DNA of 64,000 nt from Eledone cirrhosa (taxonomy: Eukaryota), in the NCBI GenBank assembly GCA_964016885.1, contig OZ024741.1, forward strand, positions 415,400,001-415,464,000, read 5' to 3'. Shown one piece after another: positions 26,501-41,300 of this stretch (its first letter is position 1; every line of letters begins with the position of its first letter). The translations under genes were made by a program, and so were the position numbers. Below the pieces are notes generated by a model. That model worked only from the letters and a program-made list of their open reading frames with translations, had not been told where the DNA came from and did not search any database.

Positions 26501-29500
26501 GTTGTCGTAACACTTTAGTTATCAACCTAGTCAACATTAACCAGGACTATTATCTACAGTTGTCGTAACACTTTAGTTACCAAACTGGTCAACACTTACC
26601 AGGACTATTACCTACAGTTGTCTTAACACTTTAGTTACCAGCCTGGTCAACACTTACCAGGACTATTACCTACAGTTGTCTTAACCCTTTAGTTACCAAC
26701 CTAGTCAACACTAACCAGGACTATTAACTACAGTTGTCTTGACCCTTTAGTTACCAACCTGGTCAACATTGACCAGGACTATTACCTACAGTTGTCTTAA
26801 CCCTTTAGTTACCAACCTGGTCAACACTGACCAGGACAATTACCTACAGTTGTCTTAACCCTTTAGTTACCAACCTGGTCAACACTAACCAGGAATATTA
26901 TCTACAGTTGTGTTAACCCTTTAGTTACCAACCTGGTCAACACTAACCAGGACTATTACCTACAGTTGTCTTAAACCTTTAGTTTCCAACCTGGTCAACA
27001 CAGACCAGGACTATTACCTACAGTTGTCTTAACCCTTTAGTTACCAACCCAGTCAACACTAACCAGGACGATTACCTACAGTTCTCTTAACCCTTTAGTT
27101 ACCAACCTGGTCAACACTGACCAGCACTATTATCTACAGTTGTCTTAAGCCTTTAGTTAACAGTCTGGTCAACACTGACCAGCACTATTATCTACAGTTG
27201 TCTTAACCCTTTAGTTACCAGTCTAGTCAACACTGACCAGCACTATTATCTACAGTTGTCGTAACACTTTAGTTACCAACCTGGTCAACACTTACCAGGA
27301 CTATTACATACAGTTGATGTAACCCTTTAGTTACCAACCTGGTCAACACTAACCAGGACTATTACCTACAGTTGTCTTAACCCTTTAAATTCCAACCTGG
27401 TCAACACTGACCAGGACTATTGCCTAGAGTTGTCTTAACCCTTTAGTTACCAACCTGGTCAACACTGACCAGGACTATTGCCTACATTTGTCTTAACCCT
27501 TTAGTTACCAACCTGGTCAACACTGACCAGAACTATTGCCTACAGTTGTCTTAACCCTTTAGTTACCAACCTGGTCAACACTGACCAGGACTATTACCTA
27601 CAGTTGTCTTAACCCTTTAGTTACCAACCTGGTCAACACTGACCAGGACTATTACCTACAGTTCTCTTAACCCTTTAGTTACCAGTCTGGTCAACACTGA
27701 CCAGCACTATTATCTACAGTTGTCTTAACCCTTTAGTTACCAACCTGGTCAACATTTACCAGGACTATTACCTACAGTTGTCTTAACCCTTTAGTTACCA
27801 ACCTGGTCAACACTGACCAGGACTATTACCTACAGGTGTCTTAACCCTTTAGTTACCAACCTGGTCAACACTAACCAGGACTATTACCTACAGTTGTCTT
27901 AACCCTTTAGTTACCAACCTGGTCAACACTTACCAGGACTATTACCTACAGTTGTCTTAACCCTTTAGTTACAAACCTGGTCAATAATAACCAGGACTAT
28001 TACCTACAGTTGTCTTAACCCTTTAGTTACCAACCTGGTCAAGACTGACCAGGACTATTACCTACAGTTGTCTTAACCCTTTAGTTACTAACCTGGTCAA
28101 CACTGACCAGGACTATTACCTACAGTTGTCCTAACCCTTTAGTTACCAATCTGGTCAACACTAACGAGGACTATTATCTACAGTTGTCTTAACCCTTTAG
28201 TTACCAACCTGGTCAAAACTTACCAGGACTATTACCTACAGTTGTCTTAACCCTTTAGTTACCAACCTGGTCAACACTAACCAGGACTATTACCTACAGT
28301 TGTCTTAACCCTTTAGTTACCAGTCTGGTCAACACTAACCAGGACTATTACCTACAGTTGTCTTAACACTTTAGTTACCAATCTGGTCAACACTGACCAG
28401 GACTATTACCTACAGTTCTCTTAACCCTTTAGTTACCAGCCTGGTCAACACTGACCAGCACTATTATCTACAGTTGTCTTAACCCTTTGGTTACCAACCT
28501 GGTCAACACTGACCAGCACTATTATGTACAGTTGTCGTAACCCTTTAGTTACCAACCTGGTCAACACTGACCAGGACTATTACCTACAGTTGTCTTAACC
28601 CTTTAGTTACCAACCTGGTCAACACTGACCAGAACTATTAGCTACAGTTGTCTTAACCCTTTAGTTACCAACCTGGTCAACACTAACCAGGACTATTACC
28701 TACAGTTGTCTTAACCCTTTAGTTACCAACCTGGTCAACACTTACCAGGACTATTACCTACAGTTGTCTTAACCCTTTAGTTACAAACCTTTTCAACAAT
28801 AACCAGGACTATTACCTACAGTTGTCTTAACCCTTTAGTTACCAACCTGGTCAACACTGACCAGAACTATTACCTACAGTTGTCTTAACCCTTTAGTTAC
28901 TAACCTGGTCAACACTGACCAGGACTATTACCTACAGTTGTCTTAACCCTTTAGTTCCCAACCTGGTCAACACTTACCAGGACTATTACCTACAGTTGTC
29001 TTAACCCTTTAGTTACCAACCTGGTCAACACTAACCAGGACTATTACCTACAGTTGTCTTAACCCTTTAGTTACCAGTCTGGTCAACACTAACCAGGACT
29101 ATTACCTACAGTTGTCTTAACACTTTAGTTACCAATCTGGTCAACACTGACCAGGACTATTACCTACAGTTCTCTTAACCCTTTAGTTACCAGCCTGGTC
29201 AACACTGACCAGCACTATTATCTACAGTTGTCTTAACCCTTTGGTTACCAACCTGGTCAACACTGACCAGCACTATTATCTACAGTTGTCGTAACCCTTT
29301 AGTTACCAACCTGGTCAACACTGACCAGGACTATTACCTACAGTTGTCTTAACCCTTTAGTTACCAACCTGGTCAACACTGACCAGAACTATTAGCTACA
29401 GTTGTCTTAACCCTTTAGTTACCAACCTAGTCAACACTAACCAGGACTATTACCTACAGTTGTCTTAACCCTTTAGTTACCAACCTGGTCAACACTTACC

Positions 29501-31200
29501 AGGACTATTACCTACAGTTGTCTTAACCCTTTAGTTACAAACCTGGTCAACAATAACCAGGACTATTACCTACAGTTGTCTTAACCCTTTAGTTACCAAC
29601 CTGGTCAACACTGACCAGGACTTACCTACAGTTGTCTTAACCCTTTAGTTACTAACCTGGTCAACACTGACCAGGACTATTACCTACAGTTGTCTTAACC
29701 CTTTAGTTACCAACCTGGTCAACACTTACCAGGACTATTACCTACAGTTGTCTTAACCCTTTAGTTACCAACCTGGTCAACACTAACCAGGACTATTACC
29801 TACAGTTGTCTTAACCCTTTAGTTACCTGTCTGGTCAACACTAACCAGGACTATTACCTAGAGTTGTCTTAACACTTTAGTTACCAATCTGGTCAACACT
29901 GACCAGGACTATTACCTACAGTTCTCTTAACCCTTTAGTTACCAGCCTGGTCAACACTGACCAGCACTATTATCTACAGTTGTCTTAACCCTTTGGTTAC
30001 CAACCTGGTCAACACTGACCAGCACTATTATCTACAGTTGTCGTAACCCTTTAGTTACCAACCTGGTCAACACTGACCAGGACTATTACCTACAGTTGTC
30101 TTAACCCTTTAGTTACCAACCTGGTCAACACTAACCAGGACTATTACCTACAGTTGTCTTAACCCTTTAGTTACCAACCTGGTCAACACTTACCAGGACT
30201 ATTACCTACTGTTGTCTTAACCCTTTAGTTACAAACCTGGTCAACAATAACCAGGACTATTACCTACAGTTGTCTTAACCCTTTAGTTACCAACCTGGTC
30301 AACACTGACCAGGACTATTACCTACAGTTGTCTTAACCCTTTAGTTACTAACCTGGTCAACACTGACCAGGACTATTACCTACAGTTGTCCTAACCCTTT
30401 AGTTACCAATCTGGTCAACACTAGCCAGGACTATTATCTACAGTTGTCTTAACCCTTTAGTTACCAACCTGGTCAACACTTACCAGGACTATTACCTACA
30501 GTTGTCTTAACCCTTTAGTTACCAACCTGGTCAACACTTACCAGGACTATTACCTACAGTTGTCTTAACCCTTTAGTTACAAACCTGGTCAACACTGACC
30601 AGGACTATTAGCTACAGGTGTCTTAACCCTTTAGTTACTAACCTGGTCAACACTGACCAGGACTATTACCTACAGTTGTCCTAACCCTTTAGTTACCAAT
30701 CTGGTCAACACTAACCAGAACTATTATCTACAGTTGTCTTAACCCTTTAGTTACCAACCTGGTCAACACTTACCAGGACTATTACCTACAGTTGCCTTAA
30801 CCCTTTAGTTACCAACCTGGTCAACACTAACCAGGACTATTACCTACAGTTGTCTTAATCCTTTAGTTACCAGTCTGGTCAACACTAACCAGGACTATTA
30901 CCTACAGTTGTCTTAACAATTTAGTTACCAATCTGGTCAACACTGACCAGGACTATTACCTACAGTTCTCTTAACCCTTTAGTTACCAGCCCGGTCAACA
31001 CTGACCAGCACTATTATCTACAGTTGTCTTAACCCTTTGGTTACCAACCTGGTCAACACTGACCAGCACTATTATGTACAGTTGTCTTAACCCTTTAGTT
31101 ACCAACCTGGTCAACACTGACCAGGACTATTACCTACAGTTGTCTTAACCCTTTAGTTACCAACCTGCTCAACACTGACCAGAACTATTAGCTACAGTTG
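16520..31200. repeat. Block duplication ~16.5-22.8 kb copied at ~25.0-31.2 kb (offset 8,471, then 8,355 after a 2-monomer loss near 27.8 kb)
   Basis: CCGGG 16731/25202; AGTTA duplication 17689/26160; AGTTGATGT 18841/27312 (8,471). CAATAATAAC 19627/27982; AAACCTTTTC 20430/28785; AGGACTTACC 21262/29617 (8,355). Confidence 0.85.
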
Positions 31201-34200
31201 TCTTAACCCTTTAGTTACCAACCTGGTCAACACTAACCAGGACTATTACCTACAGTTGTCTTAACCCTTTAGTTACCAACCTGGTCAACACTTACCAGGA
31301 CTATTACCTACAGTTGTCTTAACCCTTTAGTTACAAACCTGGTCAACAATAACCAGGACTATTACCTACAGTTGTCTTAACCCTTTAGTTACCAACCTGG
31401 TCAACACTGACCAGAACTATTACCTACAGTTGTCTTAACCCTTTAGTTACTAACCTGGTCAACACTGACCAGGACTATTACCTACAGTTGTCTTAACCCT
31501 TTAGTTACCAACCTGGTCAACACTTACCAGGACTATTACCTACAGTTGTCTTAACCCTTTAGTTACCAACCTGGTCAACACTAACCAGGACTATTACCTA
31601 CACTTGTCTTAACCCTTTAGTTACCAGTCTGGTCAACACTAACCAGGACTATTACCTACAGTTGTCTTAACACTTTAGTTACCAATCTGGTCAACACTGA
31701 CCAGGACTATTACCTACAGTTCTCTTAACCCTTTAGTTACCAGCCTGGTCAACACTGACCAGCACTATTATCTACAGTTGTCTTAACACTTTGGTTACCA
31801 ACCTGGTCAACACTGACCAGCACTATTATCTACAGTTGTCGTAACCCTTTAGTTACCAACCTGGTCAACACTGACCAGGACTATTACCTACAGTTGTCTT
31901 AACCCTTTAGTTACCAACCTGGTCAACACTTACCAGGACTATTACCTACAGTTGTCTTAACCCTTTAGTTACCAACCTGCTCAACACTAACCAGGACTAT
32001 TACCTACACTTGTCTTAACCCTTTAGTTACCAGTCTGGTCAACACTAACCAGGACTATTACCTACAGTTGTCTTAACCCTTTAGTTACAAACCTGGTCAA
32101 CAATAACCAGGACTATTACCTACAGTTGTCTTAACCCTTTAGTTACCAACCTGGTCAACACTGACCAGGACTATTACCTACAGTTGTCTTAACCCTTTAG
32201 TTACTAACCTGGTCAACACTGACCAGGACTATTACCTAGAGTTGTCCTAACCCTTTAGTTACCAATCTGGTCAACACTAACCAGGACTATTATCTACAGT
32301 TGTCTTAACCCTTTAGTTACCAACCTGGTCAACACTAACCAGGACTATTACCTACAGTTGTCTTAACCCTTTAGTTACCAGTCTGGTCAACACTAACCAG
32401 GACTATTACCTACAGTTGTCTTAACACTTTAGTTACCAATCTGGTCAACACTGACCAGGACTATTACCTACAGTTCTCTTAACCCTTTAGTTACCAGCCT
32501 GGTCAACACTGACCAGCACTATTATCTACAGTGTCTTAACCCTTTGGTTACCAACCTGGTCAACACTGACCAGCACTATTATGTACAGTTGTCGTAACCC
32601 TTTAGTTACCAACCTGGTCAACACTGACCAGGACTATTACCTACAGTTGTCTTAACCCTTTAGTTACCAACCTGGTCAACACTGACCAGAACTATTAGCT
32701 ACAGTTGTCTTAACCCTTTAGTTACCATCCTGGTCAACACTAACCAGGACTATTACCTACAATTGTCTTAACCCTTTAGTTACCAACCTGGTCAACACTT
32801 ACCAGGACTATTACCTACAGTTGTCTTAACCCTTTAGTTACAAACCTGGTCAACAATAACCAGGACTATTACCTACAGTTGTCTTAACCCTTTAGTTACC
32901 AACCTGGTCAACACTGACCAGGACTATTACCTACAGTTGTCTTAACCCTTTAGTTACTAACCTGGTCAACACTGACCAGGACTATTACCTACAGTTGTCT
33001 TAACCCTTTAGTTACCAACCTGGTCAACACTTACCAGGACTATTACCTACAGTTGTCTTAACCCTTTAGTTACCAGTCTGGTCAACACTAACCAGGACTA
33101 TTACCTACAGTTGTCTTAACCCTTTAGTTACCAGTCTGGTCAACACTAACCAGGACTATTACCTACAGTTGTCTTAACACTTTAGTTACCAATCTGGTCA
33201 ACACTGACCAGGACTATTACCTACAGTTCTCTTAATCCTTTAGTTACCAGCCTGGTCAACACTGACCAGCACTATTATCTACAGTTGTCTTAACCCTTTG
33301 GTTACCAACCTGGTCAACACTGACCAGCACTATTATCTACAGTTGTCGTAACCCTTTAGTTACCAACCTGGTCAACACTGACCAGGACTATTACCTACAG
33401 TTGTCTTAACCCTTTAGTTACCAACCTGGTCAACACTAACCAGGACTATTACCTACAGTTGTCTTAACCCTTTAGTTACCAACCTGGTCAACACTTACCA
33501 GGACTATTACCTACAGTTGTCTTAACCCTTTAGTTACAAACCTGGTCAACAATAACCAGGACTATTACCTACAGTTGTCTTAACCCTTTAGTTACCAACC
33601 TGGTCAACACTGACCAGGACTATTACCTACAGTTGTCTTAACCCTTTAGTTACTAACCTGGTCAACACTGACCAGGACTATTACCTACAGTTGTCCTAAC
33701 CCTTTAGTTACCAATCTGGTCAACACTAACCAGGACTATTATCTACAGTTGTCTTAACCCTTTAGTTACCAACGTGGTCAACACTTACCAGGACTATTAC
33801 CTACAGTTGTCTTAACCCTTTAGTTACCAACCTGGTCAACACTTACCAGGACTATTACCTACAGTTGTCTTAACTCTTTAGTTACAAACCTGGTCAACAC
33901 TGACCAGGACTATTACCTACAGGTGTCTTAACCCTTTAGTTACTAACCTGGTCAACACTGACCAGGACTATTACCTACAGTTGTCCTAACCCTTTAGTTA
34001 CCAATCTGGTCAACACTAACCAGGACTATTATCTACAGTTGTCTTAACCCTTTAGTTACCAACCTGGTCAACACTTACCAGGACTATTACCTACAGTTGT
34101 CTTAACCCTTTAGTTACCAACCTGGTCAACACTAACCAGGACTATTACTTACAGTTGTCTTAATCCTTTAGTTACCAGTCTGGTCAACACTAACCAGGAC

Positions 34201-35383
34201 TATTACCTACAGTTGTCTTAACACTTTAGTTACCAATCTGGTCAACACTGACCAGGACTATTACCTACAGTTCTCTTAACCCTTTAGTTACCAGCCCGGT
34301 CAACACTGACCAGCACTATTATCTACAGTTGTCTTAACCCTTTGGTTACCAACCTGGTCAACACTGACGAGCACTATTATTTACAGTTGTCTTAACCCTT
34401 TAGTTACCAACCTGGTCAACACTGACCAGGACTATTACCTACAGTTGTCTTAACCCTTTAGTTACCAACCTGGTCAACACTGACCAGAACTATTAGCTAC
34501 TGTTGTCTTAACCCTTTAGTTACCAACCTGGTCAACACTAACCTGGACTATTACCTACAGTTGTCTTAACCCTTTAGTTACCAACCTGGTCAACACTTAC
34601 CAGGACTATTACCTACAGTTGTCTTAACCCTTTAGTTACAAACCTGGTCAACAATAACCAGGACTATTACCTACAGTTGTCTTAAACCTTTAGTTACCAA
34701 CCTGGTCAACACTGACCAGGACTATTACCTACAGTTGTCTTAACCCTTTAGTTACTAACCTGGTCAACACTGACCAGGACTATTACCTACAGTTGTCTTA
34801 ACCCTTTAGTTACCAACCTAGTCAACACTTACCAGGACTATTACCTACAGTTGTCTTAACCCTTTAGTTACCAACCTGGTCAACACTAACCAGGACTATT
34901 ACCTACAGTTGTCTTAACCCTTTAGTTACCAGTCTGGTCAACACTAACCAGGACTATTACCTACCGTTGTCTTAACACTTTAGTTACCAACCTGGTCAAC
35001 ACTGACCAGGACTATTACCTACAGTTCTCTTAACCCTTTAGTTACCAGTCTGGTCAACACTGACCAGCACTATTATCTACAGTTGTCTTAACCCTTTAGT
35101 TACCAACCTGGTCAACATTTACCAGGACTATTACCTACAGTTGTCTTAACCCTTTAGTTACCAACCTGGTCAACACTGACCAGGACTATTACCTACAGTT
35201 GTCTTAACCCTTTAGTTACCAACCTGGTCAACACTTACCAGGACTATTACCTACAGTTGTCTTAACCCTTTAGTTACCAACCTGGTCAACACTAACCAGG
35301 ACTATTACCTACAGGTGTCTTAACCCTTTAGTTACCAACCTGGTCAACACTAACCAGGACTATTACCTACAGTTGTCTTAACC

Positions 35384-38300
35384 CTTTAGTTACCAACCTG
35401 GTCAACACTTACCAGGACTATTACCTACAGTTGTCTTAACCCTTTAGTTACAAACCTGGTCAATAATAACCAGGACTATTACCTACAGTTGTCTTAACCC
35501 TTTAGTTACCAACCTGGTCAAGACTGACCAGGACTATTACCTACAGTTGTCTTAACCCTTTAGTTACTAACCTGGTCAACACTGACCAGGACTATTACCT
35601 ACAGTTGTCCTAACCCTTTAGTTACCAATCTGGTCAACACTAACCAGGACTATTATCTACAGTTGTCTTAACCCTTTAGTTACCAACCTGGTCAAAACTT
35701 ACCAGGACTATTACCTACAGTTGTCTTAACCCTTTAGTTACCAACCTGGTCAACACTAACCAGGACTATTACCTACAGTTGTCTTAACCCTTTAGTTACC
35801 AGTCTGGTCAACACTAACCAGGACTATTACCTACAGTTGTCTTAACACTTTAGTTACCAATCTGGTCAACACTGACCAGGACTATTACCTACAGTTCTCT
35901 TGACCCTTTAGTTACCAGCCTGGTCAACACTGACCAGCACTATTATCTACAGTTGTCTTAACCCTTTGGTTACCAACCTGGTCAACACTGACCAGCACTA
36001 TTATGTACAGTTGTCGTAACCCTTTAGTTACCAACCTGGTCAACACTGACCAGGACTATTACCTACAGTTGTCTTAACCCTTTAGTTACCAACCTGGTCA
36101 ACACTGACCAGAACTATTAGCTACAGTTGTCTTAACCCTTTAGTTACCAACCTGGTCAACACTAACCAGGACTATTACCTACAGTTGTCTTAACCCTTTA
36201 GTTACCAACCTGGTCAACACTTACCAGGACTATTACCTACAGTTGTCTTAACCCTTTAGTTACAAACCTTTTCAACAATAACCAGGACTATTACCTACAG
36301 TTGTCTTAACCCTTTAGTTACCAACCTGGTCAACACTGACCAGAACTATTACCTACAGTTGTCTTAACCCTTTAGTTACTAACCTGGTCAACACTGACCA
36401 GGACTATTACCTACAGTTGTCTTAACCCTTTAGTTCCCAACCTGGTCAACACTTACCAGGACTATTACCTACAGTTGTCTTAACCCTTTAGTTACCAACC
36501 TGGTCAACACTAACCAGGACTATTACCTACAGTTGTCTTAACCCTTTAGTTACCAACCTGGTCAACACTAACCAGGACTATTACCTACAGTTGTCTTAAC
36601 ACTTTAGTTACCAATCTGGTCAACACTGACCAGGACTATTACCTACAGTTCTCTTAACCCTTTAGTTACCAGCCTGGTCAACACTGACCAGCACTATTAT
36701 CTACAGTTGTCTTAACCCTTTGGTTACCAACCTGGTCAACACTGACCAGCACTATTATCTACAGTTGTCGTAACCCTTTAGTTACCAACCTGGTCAACAC
36801 TAACCAGGACTATTACCTACAGTTGTCTTAACCCTTTAGTTACCAACCTGGTCAACACTGACCAGAACTATTAGCTACAGTTGTCTTAACCCTTTAGTTA
36901 CCAACCTAGTCAACACTAACCAGGACTATTACCTACAGTTGTCTTAACCCTTTAGTTACCAACCTGGTCAACACTTACCAGGACTATTACCTACAGTTGT
37001 CTTAACCCTTTAGTTACAAACCTGGTCAACAATAACCAGGACTATTACCTACAGTTGTCTTAACCCTTTAGTTACCAACCTGGTCAACACTGACCAGGAC
37101 TTACCTACAGTTGTCTTAACCCTTTAGTTACTAACCTGGTCAACACTGACCAGGACTATTACCTACAGTTGTCTTAACCCTTTAGTTACCAACCTGGTCA
37201 ACACTTACCAGGACTATTACCTACAGTTGTCTTAACCCTTTAGTTACCAACCTGGTCAACACTAACCAGGACTATTACCTACAGTTGTCTTAACCCTTTA
37301 GTTACCTGTCTGGTCAACACTAACCAGGACTATTACCTAGAGTTGTCTTAACACTTTAGTTACCAATCTGGTCAACACTGACCAGGACTATTACCTACAG
37401 TTCTCTTAACCCTTTAGTTACCAGCCTGGTCAACACTGACCAGCACTATTATCTACAGTTGTCTTAACCCTTTGGTTACCAACCTGGTCAACACTGACCA
37501 GCACTATTATCTACAGTTGTCGTAACCCTTTAGTTACCAACCTGGTCAACACTGACCAGGACTATTACCTACAGTTGTCTTAACCCTTTAGTTACCAACC
37601 TGGTCAACACTAACCAGGACTATTACCTACAGTTGTCTTAACCCTTTAGTTACCAACCTGGTCAACACTTACCAGGACTATTACCTACTGTTGTCTTAAC
37701 CCTTTAGTTACAAACCTGGTCAACAATAACCAGGACTATTACCTACAGTTGTCTTAACCCTTTAGTTACCAACCTGGTCAACACTGACCAGGACTATTAC
37801 CTACAGTTGTCTTAACCCTTTAGTTACTAACCTGGTCAACACTGACCAGGACTATTACCTACAGTTGTCCTAACCCTTTAGTTACCAATCTGGTCAACAC
37901 TAGCCAGGACTATTATCTACAGTTGTCTTAACCCTTTAGTTACCAACCTGGTCAACACTTACCAGGACTATTACCTACAGTTGTCTTAACCCTTTAGTTA
38001 CCAACCTGGTCAACACTTACCAGGACTATTACCTACAGTTGTCTTAACCCTTTAGATACAAACCTGGTCAACACTGACCAGGACTATTAGCTACAGGTGT
38101 CTTAACCCTTTAGTTACTAACCTGGTCAACACTGACCAGGACTATTACCTACAGTTGTCCTAACCCTTTAGTTACCAATCTGGTCAACACTAACCAGAAC
38201 TATTATCTACAGTTGTCTTAACCCTTTAGTTACCAACCTGGTCAACACTTACCAGGACTATTACCTACAGTTGCCTTAACCCTTTAGTTACCAACCTGGT

Positions 38301-41300
38301 CAACACTAACCAGGACTATTACCTACAGTTGTCTTAATCCTTTAGTTACCAGTCTGGTCAACACTAACCAGGACTATTACCTACAGTTGTCTTAACAATT
38401 TAGTTACCAATCTGGTCAACACTGACCAGGACTATTACCTACAGTTCTCTTAACCCTTTAGTTACCAGCCCGGTCAACACTGACCAGCACTATTATCTAC
38501 AGTTGTCTTAACCCTTTGGTTACCAACCTGGTCAACACTGACCAGCACTATTATGTACAGTTGTCTTAACCCTTTAGTTACCAACCTGGTCAACACTGAC
38601 CAGGACTATTACCTACAGTTGTCTTAACCCTTTAGTTACCAACCTGCTCAACACTGACCAGAACTATTAGCTACAGTTGTCTTAACCCTTTAGTTACCAA
38701 CCTGGTCAACACTAACCAGGACTATTACCTACAGTTGTCTTAACCCTTTAGTTACCAACCTGGTCAACACTTACCAGGACTATTACCTACAGTTGTCTTA
38801 ACCCTTTAGTTACAAACCTGGTCAACAATAACCAGGACTATTACCTACAGTTGTCTTAACCCTTTAGTTACCAACCTGGTCAACACTGACCAGGACTATT
38901 ACCTACAGTTGTCTTAACCCTTTAGTTACTAACCTGGTCAACACTGACCAGGACTACTACCTACAGTTGTCTTAACCCTTTAGTTACCAACCTGGTCAAC
39001 ACTTACCAGGACTATTACCTACAGTTGTCTTAACCCTTTAGTTACCAACCTGGTCAACACTAACCAGGACTATTACCTACACTTGTCTTAACCCTTTAGT
39101 TACCAGTCTGGTCAACACTAACCAGGACTATTACCTACAGTTGTCTTAACACTTTAGTTACCAATCTGGTCAACACTGACCAGGACTATTACCTACAGTT
39201 CTCTTAACCCTTTAGTTACCAGCCTGGTCAACACTGACCAGCACTATTATCTACAGTTGTCTTAACACTTTGGTTACCAACCTGGTCAACACTGACCAGC
39301 ACTATTATCTACAGTTGTCGTAACCCTTTAGTTACCAACCTGGTCAACACTGACCAGGACTATTACCTACAGTTGTCTTAACCCTTTAGTTACCAACCTG
39401 GTCAACACTTACCAGGACTATTACCTACAGTTGTCTTAACCCTTTAGTTACCAACCTGCTCAACACTAACCAGGACTATTACCTACACTTGTCTTAACCC
39501 TTTAGTTACCAGTCTGGTCAACACTAACCAGGACTATTACCTACAGTTGTCTTAACCCTTTAGTTACAAACCTGGTCAACAATAACCAGGACTATTACCT
39601 ACAGTTGTCTTAACCCTTTAGTTACCAACCTGGTCAACACTGACCAGGACTATTACCTACAGTTGTCTTAACCCTTTAGTTACTAACCTGGTCAACACTG
39701 ACCAGGACTATTACCTAGAGTTGTCCTAACCCTTTAGTTACCAATCTGGTCAACACTAACCAGGACTATTATCTACAGTTGTCTTAACCCTTTAGTTACC
39801 AACCTGGTCAACACTAACCAGGACTATTACCTACAGTTGTCTTAACCCTTTAGTTACCAGTCTGGTCAACACTAACCAGGACTATTACCTACAGTTGTCT
39901 TAACACTTTAGTTACCAATCTGGTCAACACTGACCAGGACTATTACCTACAGTTCTCTTAACCCTTTAGTTACCAGCCTGGTCAACACTGACCAGCACTA
40001 TTATCTACAGTGTCTTAACCCTTTGGTTACCAACCTGGTCAACACTGACCAGCACTATTATGTACAGTTGTCGTAACCCTTTAGTTACCAACCTGGTCAA
40101 CACTGACCAGGACTATTACCTACAGTTGTCTTAACCCTTTAGTTACCAACCTGGTCAACACTGACCAGAACTATTAGCTACAGTTGTCTTAACCCTTTAG
40201 TTACCATCCTGGTCAACACTAACCAGGACTATTACCTACAATTGTCTTAACCCTTTAGTTACCAACCTGGTCAACACTTACCAGGACTATTACCTACAGT
40301 TGTCTTAACCCTTTAGTTACAAACCTGGTCAACAATAACCAGGACTATTACCTACAGTTGTCTTAACCCTTTAGTTACCAACCTGGTCAACACTGACCAG
40401 GACTATTACCTACAGTTGTCTTAACCCTTTAGTTACTAACCTGGTCAACACTGACCAGGACTATTACCTACAGTTGTCTTAACCCTTTAGTTACCAACCT
40501 GGTCAACACTTACCAGGACTATTACCTACAGTTGTCTTAACCCTTTAGTTACCAGTCTGGTCAACACTAACCAGGACTATTACCTACAGTTGTCTTAACC
40601 CTTTAGTTACCAGTCTGGTCAACACTAACCAGGACTATTACCTACAGTTGTCTTAACACTTTAGTTACCAATCTGGTCAACACTGACCAGGACTATTACC
40701 TACAGTTCTCTTAATCCTTTAGTTACCAGCCTGGTCAACACTGACCAGCACTATTATCTACAGTTGTCTTAACCCTTTGGTTACCAACCTGGTCAACACT
40801 GACCAGCACTATTATCTACAGTTGTCGTAACCCTTTAGTTACCAACCTGGTCAACACTGACCAGGACTATTACCTACAGTTGTCTTAACCCTTTAGTTAC
40901 CAACCTGGTCAACACTAACCAGGACTATTACCTACAGTTGTCTTAACCCTTTAGTTACCAACCTGGTCAACACTTACCAGGACTATTACCTACAGTTGTC
41001 TTAACCCTTTAGTTACAAACCTGGTCAACAATAACCAGGACTATTACCTACAGTTGTCTTAACCCTTTAGTTACCAACCTGGTCAACACTGACCAGGACT
41101 ATTACCTACAGTTGTCTTAACCCTTTAGTTACTAACCTGGTCAACACTGACCAGGACTATTACCTACAGTTGTCCTAACCCTTTAGTTACCAATCTGGTC
41201 AACACTAACCAGGACTATTATCTACAGTTGTCTTAACCCTTTAGTTACCAACGTGGTCAACACTTACCAGGACTATTACCTACAGTTGTCTTAACCCTTT